Shown one piece after another: positions 18,817-28,064 of a stretch of 64,000 nt of DNA. The position numbers and the translations under genes are program-made. The notes beneath the pieces are model-generated. The model had not been told where the DNA came from, searched no databases, and saw only the letters and a program-made list of their open reading frames with translations. The stretch covers positions 22,318 to 86,317 of the IMG/VR virus record IMGVR_UViG_3300025785_001261, one strand, 5' to 3'. Numbering within the stretch: position 1 is the stretch's first letter; each line of letters opens with the position of its first letter. This DNA is from a virus.

Positions 18817-20138
18817 CGGAGCGGAACTCGTTTATCTTCAGGACGATATTGAACAATGGCCTCCAGCTCCGGAACCACACTCAACAAACTTTCACTGCGG
18901 CTCCAATCCAAATCGTTGACTGCTTGCCAAAAATTCTTCAACAAGTGACTATTGTCTTGGGCCATCATGAATTCAATCGCGCCGCGGAATCCACCTACAG
19001 CACGCTGTATGGTGTCAAGGGGTTCAAGCCATGCTATGTGTGCTTCAAATTCGGCTTTGAATTTAAGTTTTAATTCCATGGGCAACATGTCTATACGATA
19101 ACTGTCAGGACCTTGCAGTATGTTTAAATTGAAATCCTGCGCCCGGATATACCCGGATTCCACCATGTAGCGATGGAATCGGGTAAAATTCCAGATATTC
19201 ATCATGCTGAGCGTAGGACTGATCATAAAATCAATATGTGGACATTCGCGTTTCAAGTCACGTATATTCTGTTCAACTTGTGCCCAGTCGGTGCCCGAAC
19301 GTATGATGCCGGCTCGATCACCCATGTCGTCTAGGCTGGCTGCCACGCATACATTAGGAAACTGTTTCCACAGATCCAACACACTTTCCTTTTTAAATTT
19401 CAATTCAGTTAGATTGGTATTATAGATCAATCCAAGATCGGTATTGCCTTTTTCAATCAGCAGTTTTAGGATACGATTGTGTTCTTCCATGATCAAGGGT
19501 TCGCCGCCGGCGAAATATATCTGTGTTAAGTGTGGGATATGCTCCTGCATCTGTTCCCAGATATCTTCATCGTGCCGTCCGGCAAATGATACACGTGGTC
19601 GTAGTTCTTTACCCCACAGCTTGACATCATCATCATACCAACGACTGCTGAATATAGAGCCACAGCTGCGACATTTTAAATTGCAGATGTTACTAAAACG
19701 CACATCCCAATAGTGCAGACGCATGTCAGGTAAACTGCCGTCGGCACGGGTTTCGTCTACTTCAGCAATATAGTGTCCAAAGTTTTTGTTTGAATTGTTT
19801 CGCATGCTGGCAAAACCAGCGGCTTCCTGTTCATAACAGTCGCTGCATTCACGACAAGGTTTTTCTTCCAACATGTTTCTGCGCATTTCACGCATGCCTT
19901 CGGCATTCCATACTTCACGCATGGTCTGTTGTTTAAGATCACCCACTGGGTATTTGCCATTTGCCAAACAGCAAGGATAAGCGCGACCGTCGGGCCAGGC
20001 ATGCAGATGTATCCAAGGTAGTATACAAAAATGCTCTGACTCCATCAAGCGATGCTTCTGCTTGTCGTCTAGCTCATCCAGTGCTATGTAATTAGGCACT
20101 CGATCCATCCAGTTGTATTTTCCTATAATCTTGCTCAC
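18813..20138 (-). CDS. Radical SAM protein with N-terminal twitch/SPASM domain
   Basis: CILPW...PCC...CSDC, then CNLKCRSC, GGEPL, YNTN; GTGA-coupled start. Confidence 0.92.
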   Translation of the reverse strand: MSKIIGKYNWMDRVPNYIALDELDDKQKHRLMESEHFCILPWIHLHAWPDGRAYPCCLANGKYPVGDLKQQTMREVWNAEGMREMRRNMLEEKPCRECSDCYEQEAAGFASMRNNSNKNFGHYIAEVDETRADGSLPDMRLHYWDVRFSNICNLKCRSCGSIFSSRWYDDDVKLWGKELRPRVSFAGRHDEDIWEQMQEHIPHLTQIYFAGGEPLIMEEHNRILKLLIEKGNTDLGLIYNTNLTELKFKKESVLDLWKQFPNVCVAASLDDMGDRAGIIRSGTDWAQVEQNIRDLKRECPHIDFMISPTLSMMNIWNFTRFHRYMVESGYIRAQDFNLNILQGPDSYRIDMLPMELKLKFKAEFEAHIAWLEPLDTIQRAVGGFRGAIEFMMAQDNSHLLKNFWQAVNDLDWSRSESLLSVVPELEAIVQYRPEDKRVPLR

Positions 20139-21466
20139 AGTGTATGGTACCAATCTTGTAGTTGTGCGAATGTTTTGCTAAAGTTTTTTCCTCGACGCTG
20201 ATCATATTGCTTATAAAACTGCTTGAAGTCGTTGTGCAGTTTGGGCATTTCAAACGCTTCAGAATGTGGCGTCTTGACCACATCAAGATAATCAATAAGT
20301 CGTTGTACATGATTGCGTTCATGTTCGTGGATCATGTCATCGGATCCCCACTGATCCAGCCAGGCCTCTAGCTGTTGCTTGTGCCGGGTGCGTATTACAT
20401 CGGGCAAGACCAAGGCGCTTTGAAAGCTAGGGAATCTGAGTATGTTTAGAGTGAAGCTGGGAAAGTCTCGACCATATTGATGTTTCCAACGCATGAATAC
20501 TGTCAGTAGGTCGGGCAAGGTGTCCAAGCACAAGGCATTGATGGTGCACATGACGTGCAGGCCACGCAGACGATCACTGTCCATCAATTTGATCATGTTC
20601 ATGACCCAAGCACTGTAATCAAGCCCGTCTCTGATGTATTCAGCCTGGACTCCAACACTTTCCTGGCTGGTGTATAGATCCAGTTCTATCCCTTGGGTGG
20701 CAGTCAACAAGCGATCTAGATCCACGCCAGGACCTAAATTTGAGTTGATGGCTAGTCGTGTAGAACTACGCCCAGGGTTATTTTGAAACCAGTCAATCAG
20801 CTTCCAGGTATCACCACTCATGAGTGGCTCGCCACCAGTGATCCTTAGTTCTTGGAGTGTTTGATGGAGGTCTGTTTCCCACCACTTGAAAAACGCTTCA
20901 ACATAGGGATTTGTTTCGCCAAAGCGGTATAGTTGACTAGTATCGTGAGCATGAGTAAAGTGGCCACGCCCATCAGACACCAGGCCGTCATAGGCGCCGT
21001 TGGATCGTATGTCACGAACCCATGTGCTACTGAAAGCAGGGTTACAATAGCTACAAGCGAATTGGCAAGTGCGATCGAACGCGATTTCAAGCGTGCGAAG
21101 ATTGACATCTTCTTGGTGTGGTTTTTGATATGCTTCATTTAAGGCCTCCAGAGGGTAAATTCGACTTTTGTACACACGGTCACTCACAGCATCGCGACCC
21201 ATGTCTTCGATTTTCCAACAGTATTCGCAACCTTTGGGACGGTTACCCAACTGCATGTTCAATCGATCTATTTTCTTCTCTACTGTGTTGTGTATGGCAC
21301 TGGGACGGGTTTTGATTTCCTCTACGTCAATGGCATGTGCCGGTGGATGATGACAACTTGTGGTCTGACCAGATCCCAACCAGATAGTGGCATTGTACCA
21401 TTTGGCCGCGCAGAAGCTGGCACTTTTTGGGTCTAAGACCTGTTGTTTAAACTCTAAATCGTTCAC
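20135..21466 (-). CDS. Radical SAM protein with N-terminal twitch-like domain (CxAKW/CHHP subtype)
   Basis: CAAKW...SCHHP...CEYC, then CQFACSYC, GGEPL; GTG 21466 is the likely start. Confidence 0.9.
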   Translation of the reverse strand: MNDLEFKQQVLDPKSASFCAAKWYNATIWLGSGQTTSCHHPPAHAIDVEEIKTRPSAIHNTVEKKIDRLNMQLGNRPKGCEYCWKIEDMGRDAVSDRVYKSRIYPLEALNEAYQKPHQEDVNLRTLEIAFDRTCQFACSYCNPAFSSTWVRDIRSNGAYDGLVSDGRGHFTHAHDTSQLYRFGETNPYVEAFFKWWETDLHQTLQELRITGGEPLMSGDTWKLIDWFQNNPGRSSTRLAINSNLGPGVDLDRLLTATQGIELDLYTSQESVGVQAEYIRDGLDYSAWVMNMIKLMDSDRLRGLHVMCTINALCLDTLPDLLTVFMRWKHQYGRDFPSFTLNILRFPSFQSALVLPDVIRTRHKQQLEAWLDQWGSDDMIHEHERNHVQRLIDYLDVVKTPHSEAFEMPKLHNDFKQFYKQYDQRRGKNFSKTFAQLQDWYHTL

Positions 21467-22520
21467 GTATAAATTTTTCAAAGCGTTGAGGAAATTCGGC
21501 ACGGACCTGTAGCCGCATGTCTGCGAGATGTTGCTTGTTGTATTTACACACATCCTCGCAGGCTGTAAGGAAACTGGCCAGATCTTGCTGACACAGATCT
21601 CGTATCACTTCGGCACATCGCACTACACGAACATGATTGTCGGCTATGTTATCAAAAGATTCATCTATCACATGTCCAAACGTGCGGAAACCCAGTTTGT
21701 GTAGATCTCTATAAAATCCACAATTGGCCACAGCAATAAATGGATGACCAATGGCTATGGGTTTCCATATTTTTTCTGTCCGGAAACTGTAAGGATATCT
21801 ATGCACTGTTTCGGTGACCACGCTGAAATATGTGTCCTGATAAGGACGAGCCTTGAGATATATTTCTCCCCAGATTCCGCGGAACAGTTGATTTTTGATC
21901 AGTCCCACCGAGACTGTGGTATCGACAGTCGAATCAAACATGTCAGGTTCATAACCGGCCGGTAAAAGCTGTATTGGGCCGTTGCCACTATCCAAATTGG
22001 TCCACAAGGCCTGATCCAGTACCGGTCTCAACAGGTCTATCATGTAGCGTCTATGATCGCGTTGTCGTCCATTCAGGAACAGGAACTTATAAGGACGATC
22101 TGTAGAATATTGATCCTGATACTGTTGCACTGCTTCCATGTTTTCCACATAGTCATACAGCTTGGGCAAAAAACTTTCATACAACAGATGCGGATACTGT
22201 GCAGGGATATCACCGCCGGTGATAACTGGAATCTGCCCTTGCTCAAGCAGATCCATCACTTTCAATCCAAATTCACAGTGAGTAATCACAGTTTCGGACC
22301 CTTCGGCTGGATTGCTAAAAACTACATCTATAGTTTTATTTCGCACAAGATCTACGATGAGATCGCGATTGGCATTGAACTGCTGTCGACCAATCACATA
22401 TACTGCGCCTGGCAAAATTTCGTGTTGCGATAAATCCCAAAATTCTGCATCAATCCAAGGTTGTATTAGATCAGATATTTCACTAAAGGTGTCTACTACC
22501 AGCTTACGATTGCCTAGCAT
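21447..22520 (-). CDS. Glycosyltransferase-like protein (GT10-like motif), paralog 3
   Basis: VVTET...RTEKIWKPIAIGHPF...LHKLGFRTF...DESFD. Confidence 0.65.
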   Translation of the reverse strand: MLGNRKLVVDTFSEISDLIQPWIDAEFWDLSQHEILPGAVYVIGRQQFNANRDLIVDLVRNKTIDVVFSNPAEGSETVITHCEFGLKVMDLLEQGQIPVITGGDIPAQYPHLLYESFLPKLYDYVENMEAVQQYQDQYSTDRPYKFLFLNGRQRDHRRYMIDLLRPVLDQALWTNLDSGNGPIQLLPAGYEPDMFDSTVDTTVSVGLIKNQLFRGIWGEIYLKARPYQDTYFSVVTETVHRYPYSFRTEKIWKPIAIGHPFIAVANCGFYRDLHKLGFRTFGHVIDESFDNIADNHVRVVRCAEVIRDLCQQDLASFLTACEDVCKYNKQHLADMRLQVRAEFPQRFEKFIRERFRV

Positions 22521-23919
22521 AGTATTCGCACTCCTTCCACCAGGCAGTCATTTCTGGAAAGGTCTTTAAAAAATCTGTGCCATGTCTGCGATCGGCTTCG
22601 CTAAAGAATCTAAAAAAGTCGGCCTTGTTGCGTTGTAAGTATGCAGGCTCTAACTTTTGTCCATCACGCATCCAGGCTATGTCGCGATCCAGTCTGGCTA
22701 TCTCGTAGTCTTTGAATCCATGAAAAGGATCGTCCTCGCGTTCAATTTGACGTATCATCCAGGCCCAGAGATATTCCAACTGTTCTGCATAACTTTCAGG
22801 CAGTAGCTGTAAACTTTGCCAGGCAGGCTGACGAAGTACAGGAGTGTCAAACCAAACACGTTGATAAGTCTTGCTGTACAGTTTGCGCAGGCCTAAAATA
22901 CCAGCAAACAGGCTACTGAGATTGGTCACACTCAGATTGTTCATGGTCACAATAAAAGTAATGCTGTTGCGACCAGGAATCTCTGTTAGAAATTGATTAA
23001 CGCGATCCCATAAGAGATTAAAATCTAAACCGTGACGAATATATTCAGCCTGCGACCCCCACGAATCCAAACTTACATACTGCATAAAATGTTCGATCTT
23101 TTCACCCTCACACAGTTCTTTCACATGGCCTTTGTATTTTTGCCACGACTTTTCATCCACACTAAAATTACTAGTCACATCCAAGTGTAAGTTGGGTTTA
23201 GGGTTGGCCAACACATAGTCAAACACACGATAGGTATTCTTATCCAGCATGGGTTCGCCGCCAGTCATGCGGAAATGTTCTAGTTCTGGATACAGTTCAG
23301 GCCACCAAGACCAAAATGCATCAACGTAGGGATTGGCGTCACGACTAGGTATAGGGCGATTGCGACCAGTAAAGTGACTGGGATCATTGTGTATAGTGCC
23401 AGTAGGATATCCTCCCCACTTATCAACTTCTGCTTGCCAAGTTGAGCTAAACTGCGGACTACAGTAACTACAAGCCAAATTACAGGCGTGATTAAAATTA
23501 ACTTCAACATAACTAGGAACAACATTTTCATCTCCTGAGGAATTCATTATTGATTCAAAATTTACGGCCGCCCATGGCTCGCCCGATCTGTAGTGTCGAT
23601 CACTTAGTTTGCCATTGTCCTCCATGCTCCAGCAGTAGCTACATTCTGCAGGACGTTCTTGTTGCAACATGATCTTGCGTTGTATTTTTTTGTAGGGTGT
23701 ATTGTGCAGAATACTAGGATCGTTGGCCAGCGACTCAGTGGGTATTTCATGCAAGGGAGGATGGTAGCAACTGTTGTTGAGTCCGGTAGTTAAATGAAGG
23801 CTTACCTGTTTCCATTTGGCCAGGCACATGGCCGGACCCAACAGAGCCTGCATGTCCTCGGCACTGCTCAGAAATTTAGATTTGAAATCTGAAGTGATTT
23901 CATCACCCTTGTTTACCAT
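22504..23919 (-). CDS. Radical SAM protein with N-terminal twitch-like domain (CxAKW/CYHP subtype)
   Basis: CLAKW...SCYHP...CSYC, then CNLACSYC, GGEPM. Confidence 0.9.
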   Translation of the reverse strand: MVNKGDEITSDFKSKFLSSAEDMQALLGPAMCLAKWKQVSLHLTTGLNNSCYHPPLHEIPTESLANDPSILHNTPYKKIQRKIMLQQERPAECSYCWSMEDNGKLSDRHYRSGEPWAAVNFESIMNSSGDENVVPSYVEVNFNHACNLACSYCSPQFSSTWQAEVDKWGGYPTGTIHNDPSHFTGRNRPIPSRDANPYVDAFWSWWPELYPELEHFRMTGGEPMLDKNTYRVFDYVLANPKPNLHLDVTSNFSVDEKSWQKYKGHVKELCEGEKIEHFMQYVSLDSWGSQAEYIRHGLDFNLLWDRVNQFLTEIPGRNSITFIVTMNNLSVTNLSSLFAGILGLRKLYSKTYQRVWFDTPVLRQPAWQSLQLLPESYAEQLEYLWAWMIRQIEREDDPFHGFKDYEIARLDRDIAWMRDGQKLEPAYLQRNKADFFRFFSEADRRHGTDFLKTFPEMTAWWKECEYYARQS

Positions 23920-24848
23920 CCTTCTTGACTCCTGATCACATCAATTTCTTTGTCCATAAAATGACGGTTTTGCCAGTTACTGCGATAATGATGTTTGAAG
24001 AAGGCGCTTTCTTTCTCCAACATCATGTTGATGGGCAGACTCAGTTGTGTGGTAAGATCCTCGGCCACACGGCCAGCAAGTAGTTCTGGATTAGAATTTT
24101 CCACCGTTGTCCATAATTGAGCCAGAGTATCAAAGTCCTGCACCTGTTTGTAGTCCCAATCGGTCAGCATGGTCATGTAGGTGCCCATACGTGATCCTGC
24201 GATAGCCCAGATGCCATTGTCTACATCGCGTCCTACATTGTGCCATATGGTCAAGTGATCAAGATTGCGATGATGTACACGATCTTGGAATTCTGTTACT
24301 GTGGGGCGTGCGCCTTGATTCAAGCACATCTTCACTCCTTCACGGAAGCCAGCACGCCAGGCCTGGAAAGCAGATCCGTTAGGGTAAGTGGTACTATAAC
24401 AGTTGTACATGGCATGATAATCTGGATAGAAACAGAACTCCACATCATTGGCCGCAGAACCGTCTGTGTTTTCATGGGTACGCATGGTGGCCACGAACTC
24501 TCGGGTCCAGCATGACAGTCCGCCATTGCCGTACATGAGTCCATTGATGATGTTTCTAGCACGCCAACGAAATACAGCACGGTGCTCATGGGCACCTTTG
24601 AGTACGATACGTTGATTGAAAAAATCTTCGTCAGGAATGTTGTCACCGTCGATCAAGATGAATCGCTCAGTTGTACTCATTTCAGCTGCGGCCTTATGTG
24701 CGGCGTCTGATCCTTTGATGCCATCTACACGTCGTGCCCAGGGCACCATATTTTTGATACGCACCCAAGTTTCTTCCTTGTTGGGTTCATCATAGCTGAG
24801 GTATATGCAATCCAAATCGGCTACGTCTATTCCTGTTACTTCAATCAT
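23913..24848 (-). CDS. GT-A fold (GT2-like) glycosyltransferase
   Basis: YLSYDEP, GIKGSDAAHKAAA, LIDGDN (DxD), RNIINGLMYGNGG, AWRAGFREGVK; ATGA-coupled start 24848. Confidence 0.75.
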   Translation of the reverse strand: MIEVTGIDVADLDCIYLSYDEPNKEETWVRIKNMVPWARRVDGIKGSDAAHKAAAEMSTTERFILIDGDNIPDEDFFNQRIVLKGAHEHRAVFRWRARNIINGLMYGNGGLSCWTREFVATMRTHENTDGSAANDVEFCFYPDYHAMYNCYSTTYPNGSAFQAWRAGFREGVKMCLNQGARPTVTEFQDRVHHRNLDHLTIWHNVGRDVDNGIWAIAGSRMGTYMTMLTDWDYKQVQDFDTLAQLWTTVENSNPELLAGRVAEDLTTQLSLPINMMLEKESAFFKHHYRSNWQNRHFMDKEIDVIRSQEGW

Positions 24849-25180
24849 TGTAAACTCCATTTGATATGCGGTTCTGACTCGTTGACCATGACACAGATGT
24901 CTTGTGGGTGACAAGCTGTGCCTTTCCCATTGGGACGAAGTTTGTGTATTGTACTGGTTTTGATAAAGACCAATTTTCCTTCAACCACGCGACAGTTGGT
25001 TGGACCAGCTCTAAATATTTCTGGATCAACGTCTATGTAATTACCGGGTAAATCTTCCATACTGTAAAATAACACATCGCCCAGTTCGTTGTAGTATAAT
25101 CTATAGATAGGATCATGCACATCTGGCGGTACATATTGTGACAAGGCCAGCCAAAAATTATCATTGGTACTATTGCTCAT
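24845..25180 (-). CDS. Hypothetical protein
   Basis: ORF in operon (YRLYYNELG...YSMEDLPG). Confidence 0.7.
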   Translation of the reverse strand: MSNSTNDNFWLALSQYVPPDVHDPIYRLYYNELGDVLFYSMEDLPGNYIDVDPEIFRAGPTNCRVVEGKLVFIKTSTIHKLRPNGKGTACHPQDICVMVNESEPHIKWSLQ

Positions 25181-25901
25181 TGTTCCAGTCCTTGACATGA
25201 TAGTGCACCAGACCCCATTGGGCGATAGTGTTGATCCTGAAAGGATCGTTTTCCCAGACCAGTTCGTCAGTCCAATTTTCAGAGACAGTTCCTATCATAT
25301 TTTTCTTCATGTGTACTATGGTTGGACCCAATCCTGGCGGCAAGGTCACTTGATCTTCGCCAATGATAACTGCAGCCATGGCATAGACCACATCGGTGGT
25401 GGCTTCTAAATCTGGAAATTTCAACAACACACGGTACTGTTGCCAATTGGTAAAAATTGTACGCACCAGATCAAAAAAATCCTGTGCTGTTTTACTACGG
25501 CGCCAATAGGTAATGGCATTGTAAACGTCTGGCAAACTGTTATGATCAAATATCTTGCGATATAAACGAGACTGGCCTGGCGTGTCATGATAAGTCCGGC
25601 AACCGGTACTGATCACTAGATCTCTGCGTTCAAACAAGGTCCACCAATGATCAATTGGGCTGGCGCAGAGCATGTCCGCTTCTAACTTGATAGTCTGTCT
25701 GTAGGGACTAATCTCAAACATTTGCCAATCGTTAGCGAATCCGCCCAGATCTCCATGTGGTAATTGATCAACAGTCACTATGGATATGTCAGCCAGCGGA
25801 TGATGCTGTAGTATCGAGTCAGCCAGGCGCCTGGCGCAGGTCACATATTGATCGCCAATGGCCGGTATCAAGTATCCACGTTCAGCTAGCAAGGTCAACA
25901 A
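25170..25901 (-). CDS. Nucleotide-diphospho-sugar transferase (GT8-like) protein
   Basis: GYLI...Y...A..LA.SI, SPYRQTIKLEAD; paralog of the adjacent gene. Confidence 0.7.
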   Translation of the reverse strand: MLTLLAERGYLIPAIGDQYVTCARRLADSILQHHPLADISIVTVDQLPHGDLGGFANDWQMFEISPYRQTIKLEADMLCASPIDHWWTLFERRDLVISTGCRTYHDTPGQSRLYRKIFDHNSLPDVYNAITYWRRSKTAQDFFDLVRTIFTNWQQYRVLLKFPDLEATTDVVYAMAAVIIGEDQVTLPPGLGPTIVHMKKNMIGTVSENWTDELVWENDPFRINTIAQWGLVHYHVKDWNNEQ

Positions 25902-26646
25902 TGGCTCCTAAGTGTCCTTTGCCCATGGCATGAAAATCATGTGTCAGTTTCATCCAGCGTGGACGAGATTCTTGATCAGTCCAGTCCACACGATATTCAT
26001 CTGGACCTGTCTTGGTCAGTTTGTGTTCGTGTGTGACTGTGGCCAATTTCCAAGGAATATCAGCATGATTCAACACATGCCCGTTGACCATGCCTAGTGC
26101 TATACTCAGGGCAAAGTCGTTACGATACGTGGTACGAGATATGCCGTACAAGCTACGATAATGATCCCAGTGTTGGCGTACCATCTGCATGCTTTCAAAT
26201 ATCAATTGGGCCTGTTCACTGCGGCGGAACATCATGACTGTGGCCCACCACATGGGCATGCGATGATCACCAAAAGTATCCAAGTCTTTAAAAGTTTCTT
26301 TGGCTGTGACATCATAAGCGGTACGATGGGCAATAAAATCTATATCTGCTTCTAGCAAGGCCTGTAGCTGGTTGCTGGCCACCACATAGTCGGCATCCAG
26401 CACCAAGGTACAATCCCATGGTGACAGATTATAGGCATCTACACGATTGACATTGTACCAGGTGACCTGAGACGGTAGGTCCTGGAAGGTTCTAGTTGAT
26501 CCAGCAATCGGTTCTACATCCTGATTGGTTATGATTCTGGTAGGTATGCCAAGATGCCGTTCAATGTTGCTGGCTGACCAGCGAGCCATGGCTTCGTAGT
26601 CAACATGTTCGTTATTAAAAGCAAAGATTAACGCACCTGTGGTCAT
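25882..26646 (-). CDS. Nucleotide-diphospho-sugar transferase (GT8-like) protein
   Basis: GALIFAFNN..DY, SPWDCTLVLDADY (DxD), RNDFALSIA, HAMGK. Confidence 0.72.
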   Translation of the reverse strand: MTTGALIFAFNNEHVDYEAMARWSASNIERHLGIPTRIITNQDVEPIAGSTRTFQDLPSQVTWYNVNRVDAYNLSPWDCTLVLDADYVVASNQLQALLEADIDFIAHRTAYDVTAKETFKDLDTFGDHRMPMWWATVMMFRRSEQAQLIFESMQMVRQHWDHYRSLYGISRTTYRNDFALSIALGMVNGHVLNHADIPWKLATVTHEHKLTKTGPDEYRVDWTDQESRPRWMKLTHDFHAMGKGHLGAIVDLAS

Positions 26647-26945
26647 CGGTTACTGTTCAAAGTTTCATATTCAACCAACCAGGCATTGAGTTGTTCTTGC
26701 CAACGTTCAAGTACCTGCTCGTAAAATTCTTCAGCATTGACTCTTACCGGTGTTTCATACAGATCTAGGATCACAACATCACCACTACAGCATTTTAATA
26801 GAGTCAACAGCTCTGGTCCGGCCTGCCACATGCCTCCGGCATGAGCAAATACAGATTTGCCTTGGTATTTTTCTTTGAGCATGCGACGAGAAGCAGCATG
26901 CTCAAAACGGGCACGGGCGTGTGCTACAAGTTTTTCAGTATCCAT
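26643..26945 (-). CDS. Hypothetical protein, first gene of the minus-strand enzyme operon
   Basis: 100 aa; ATGA-coupled to the downstream GT. Confidence 0.75.
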   Translation of the reverse strand: MDTEKLVAHARARFEHAASRRMLKEKYQGKSVFAHAGGMWQAGPELLTLLKCCSGDVVILDLYETPVRVNAEEFYEQVLERWQEQLNAWLVEYETLNSNR

Positions 26946-26951
26946 AGGTTT

Positions 26952-26980
26952 ATTATACTACAAAAACTACATAAGGTAAA
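26952..26980 (-). promoter_or_regulatory. Sigma70-type promoter TTTACC-N17-TATAAT, probably leaderless
   Basis: -10 ends 6 nt before ATG 26945; no SD. Confidence 0.6.
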
Positions 26981-26998
26981 GCCCCTTTCGGGGCTTTT
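26978..26998 (-). terminator. Hairpin terminator after the tail fibre genes (possibly bidirectional)
   Basis: AAAGCCCC-GAAA-GGGGCTTT stem with GNRA loop. Confidence 0.7.
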
Positions 26999-27023
26999 GG
27001 TGATATATCGTCGAGTATTACGG

Positions 27024-28052
27024 TCATACGAATGATGACGAAATGGTTGGGCTTCCCCATGTATTGGCAATATAGAGTTGCTCTGGAGGTGTAAGAGTAA
27101 CCAATACTGTGGGAGCTGAACCAAAGCTAAGAGTACCTGTAGTTGCCGCTGTTCCGCCTGAAATTGCTGTGTTGGAACCTGCGTTGCCATCACCTGCGTC
27201 GTACCAGGTGGTATACAGAGTCAAGGTGGTTGGCGCTGTGGTGCTGTTGACCAAGGCATTGATACGCACATAGTTGCTGGTATAAGCAGTACCCGTATCA
27301 TTCTGTTGGAAAACAGTTGTGTTGGCTGTACCCAGGTTGAATACACCTGTGGCTGAAGCCAAGGTGCCCGGAGTTAATGTTCCACCGTACTTGTTGGTTC
27401 CTACATAGGTAGTACCATTGATAGTTTTGCTAGTGCCACTGCCGGTCAGTACCACGTTGCCTGCGCACTTGCCGCCGGCCCCGCCAAATCCAATAAAAGC
27501 ATTCCATTCAGCATCGCCCTGGGTAGATCCACCTGCACCGGTACTGTTTTTGCTGTTGTACCATTTGATTGTTCCACCTGCATTAAAGAAAGAATAATAA
27601 GCAGCTGTGTTGGCAAACGTGATGGTGTGCGTCCAGTTGATACTCCAGGCGGCAGTACCACCACCTGTGGCAGTGGTCTTGCTGGGTGAGCCGGTCCAGC
27701 CGGTAAACAGGGTGCCAACTGAAGCCGCATTGGCACGATTGGCATAACAAGTGGCAATGTCGGTGGCCACGTTGGCATTGGCATAGATTATGTTGCCAGT
27801 GACCGGATATGGTGTACGGCTGGTAATTGATGAGCCCTGATGTGAAGCCATGTTGGCTATAATACTGAACAAACTTGACCACTGAGTAGCCTGTACTGTA
27901 CCACCGGTCGCAACTGTGGAAATATTTCCTTGACCGTAACCTGCACCGTTGCCAGCTGTACCCCAAGTGGCATTAACGTTGCCACCAGATGTTGTACTTA
28001 CGAAACCGTTGTAATCGGTGGCCTGTATGTTTCCAGTTGAGATGTATGTCAT
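27024..28052 (-). CDS. Virion structural / tail fibre-associated protein (G/T/S/N-rich)
   Basis: Composition, beta-strand pattern, position downstream of the fibre gene. Confidence 0.7.
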   Translation of the reverse strand: MTYISTGNIQATDYNGFVSTTSGGNVNATWGTAGNGAGYGQGNISTVATGGTVQATQWSSLFSIIANMASHQGSSITSRTPYPVTGNIIYANANVATDIATCYANRANAASVGTLFTGWTGSPSKTTATGGGTAAWSINWTHTITFANTAAYYSFFNAGGTIKWYNSKNSTGAGGSTQGDAEWNAFIGFGGAGGKCAGNVVLTGSGTSKTINGTTYVGTNKYGGTLTPGTLASATGVFNLGTANTTVFQQNDTGTAYTSNYVRINALVNSTTAPTTLTLYTTWYDAGDGNAGSNTAISGGTAATTGTLSFGSAPTVLVTLTPPEQLYIANTWGSPTISSSFV

Positions 28053-28064
28053 TTTTTGTTCCGG

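Noticed and set aside
11258-23919. 7-deazaguanine (preQ0/archaeosine) DNA modification pathway
   Set aside because: No FolE, QueD, QueC or DpdA seen; the rSAMs are not QueE-like and the amidinotransferase is of a different family
5552-26945. Aminoglycoside antibiotic biosynthesis cluster
   Set aside because: No recognisable cyclitol synthase, exporter or resistance gene; family overlap shows only similar chemistry
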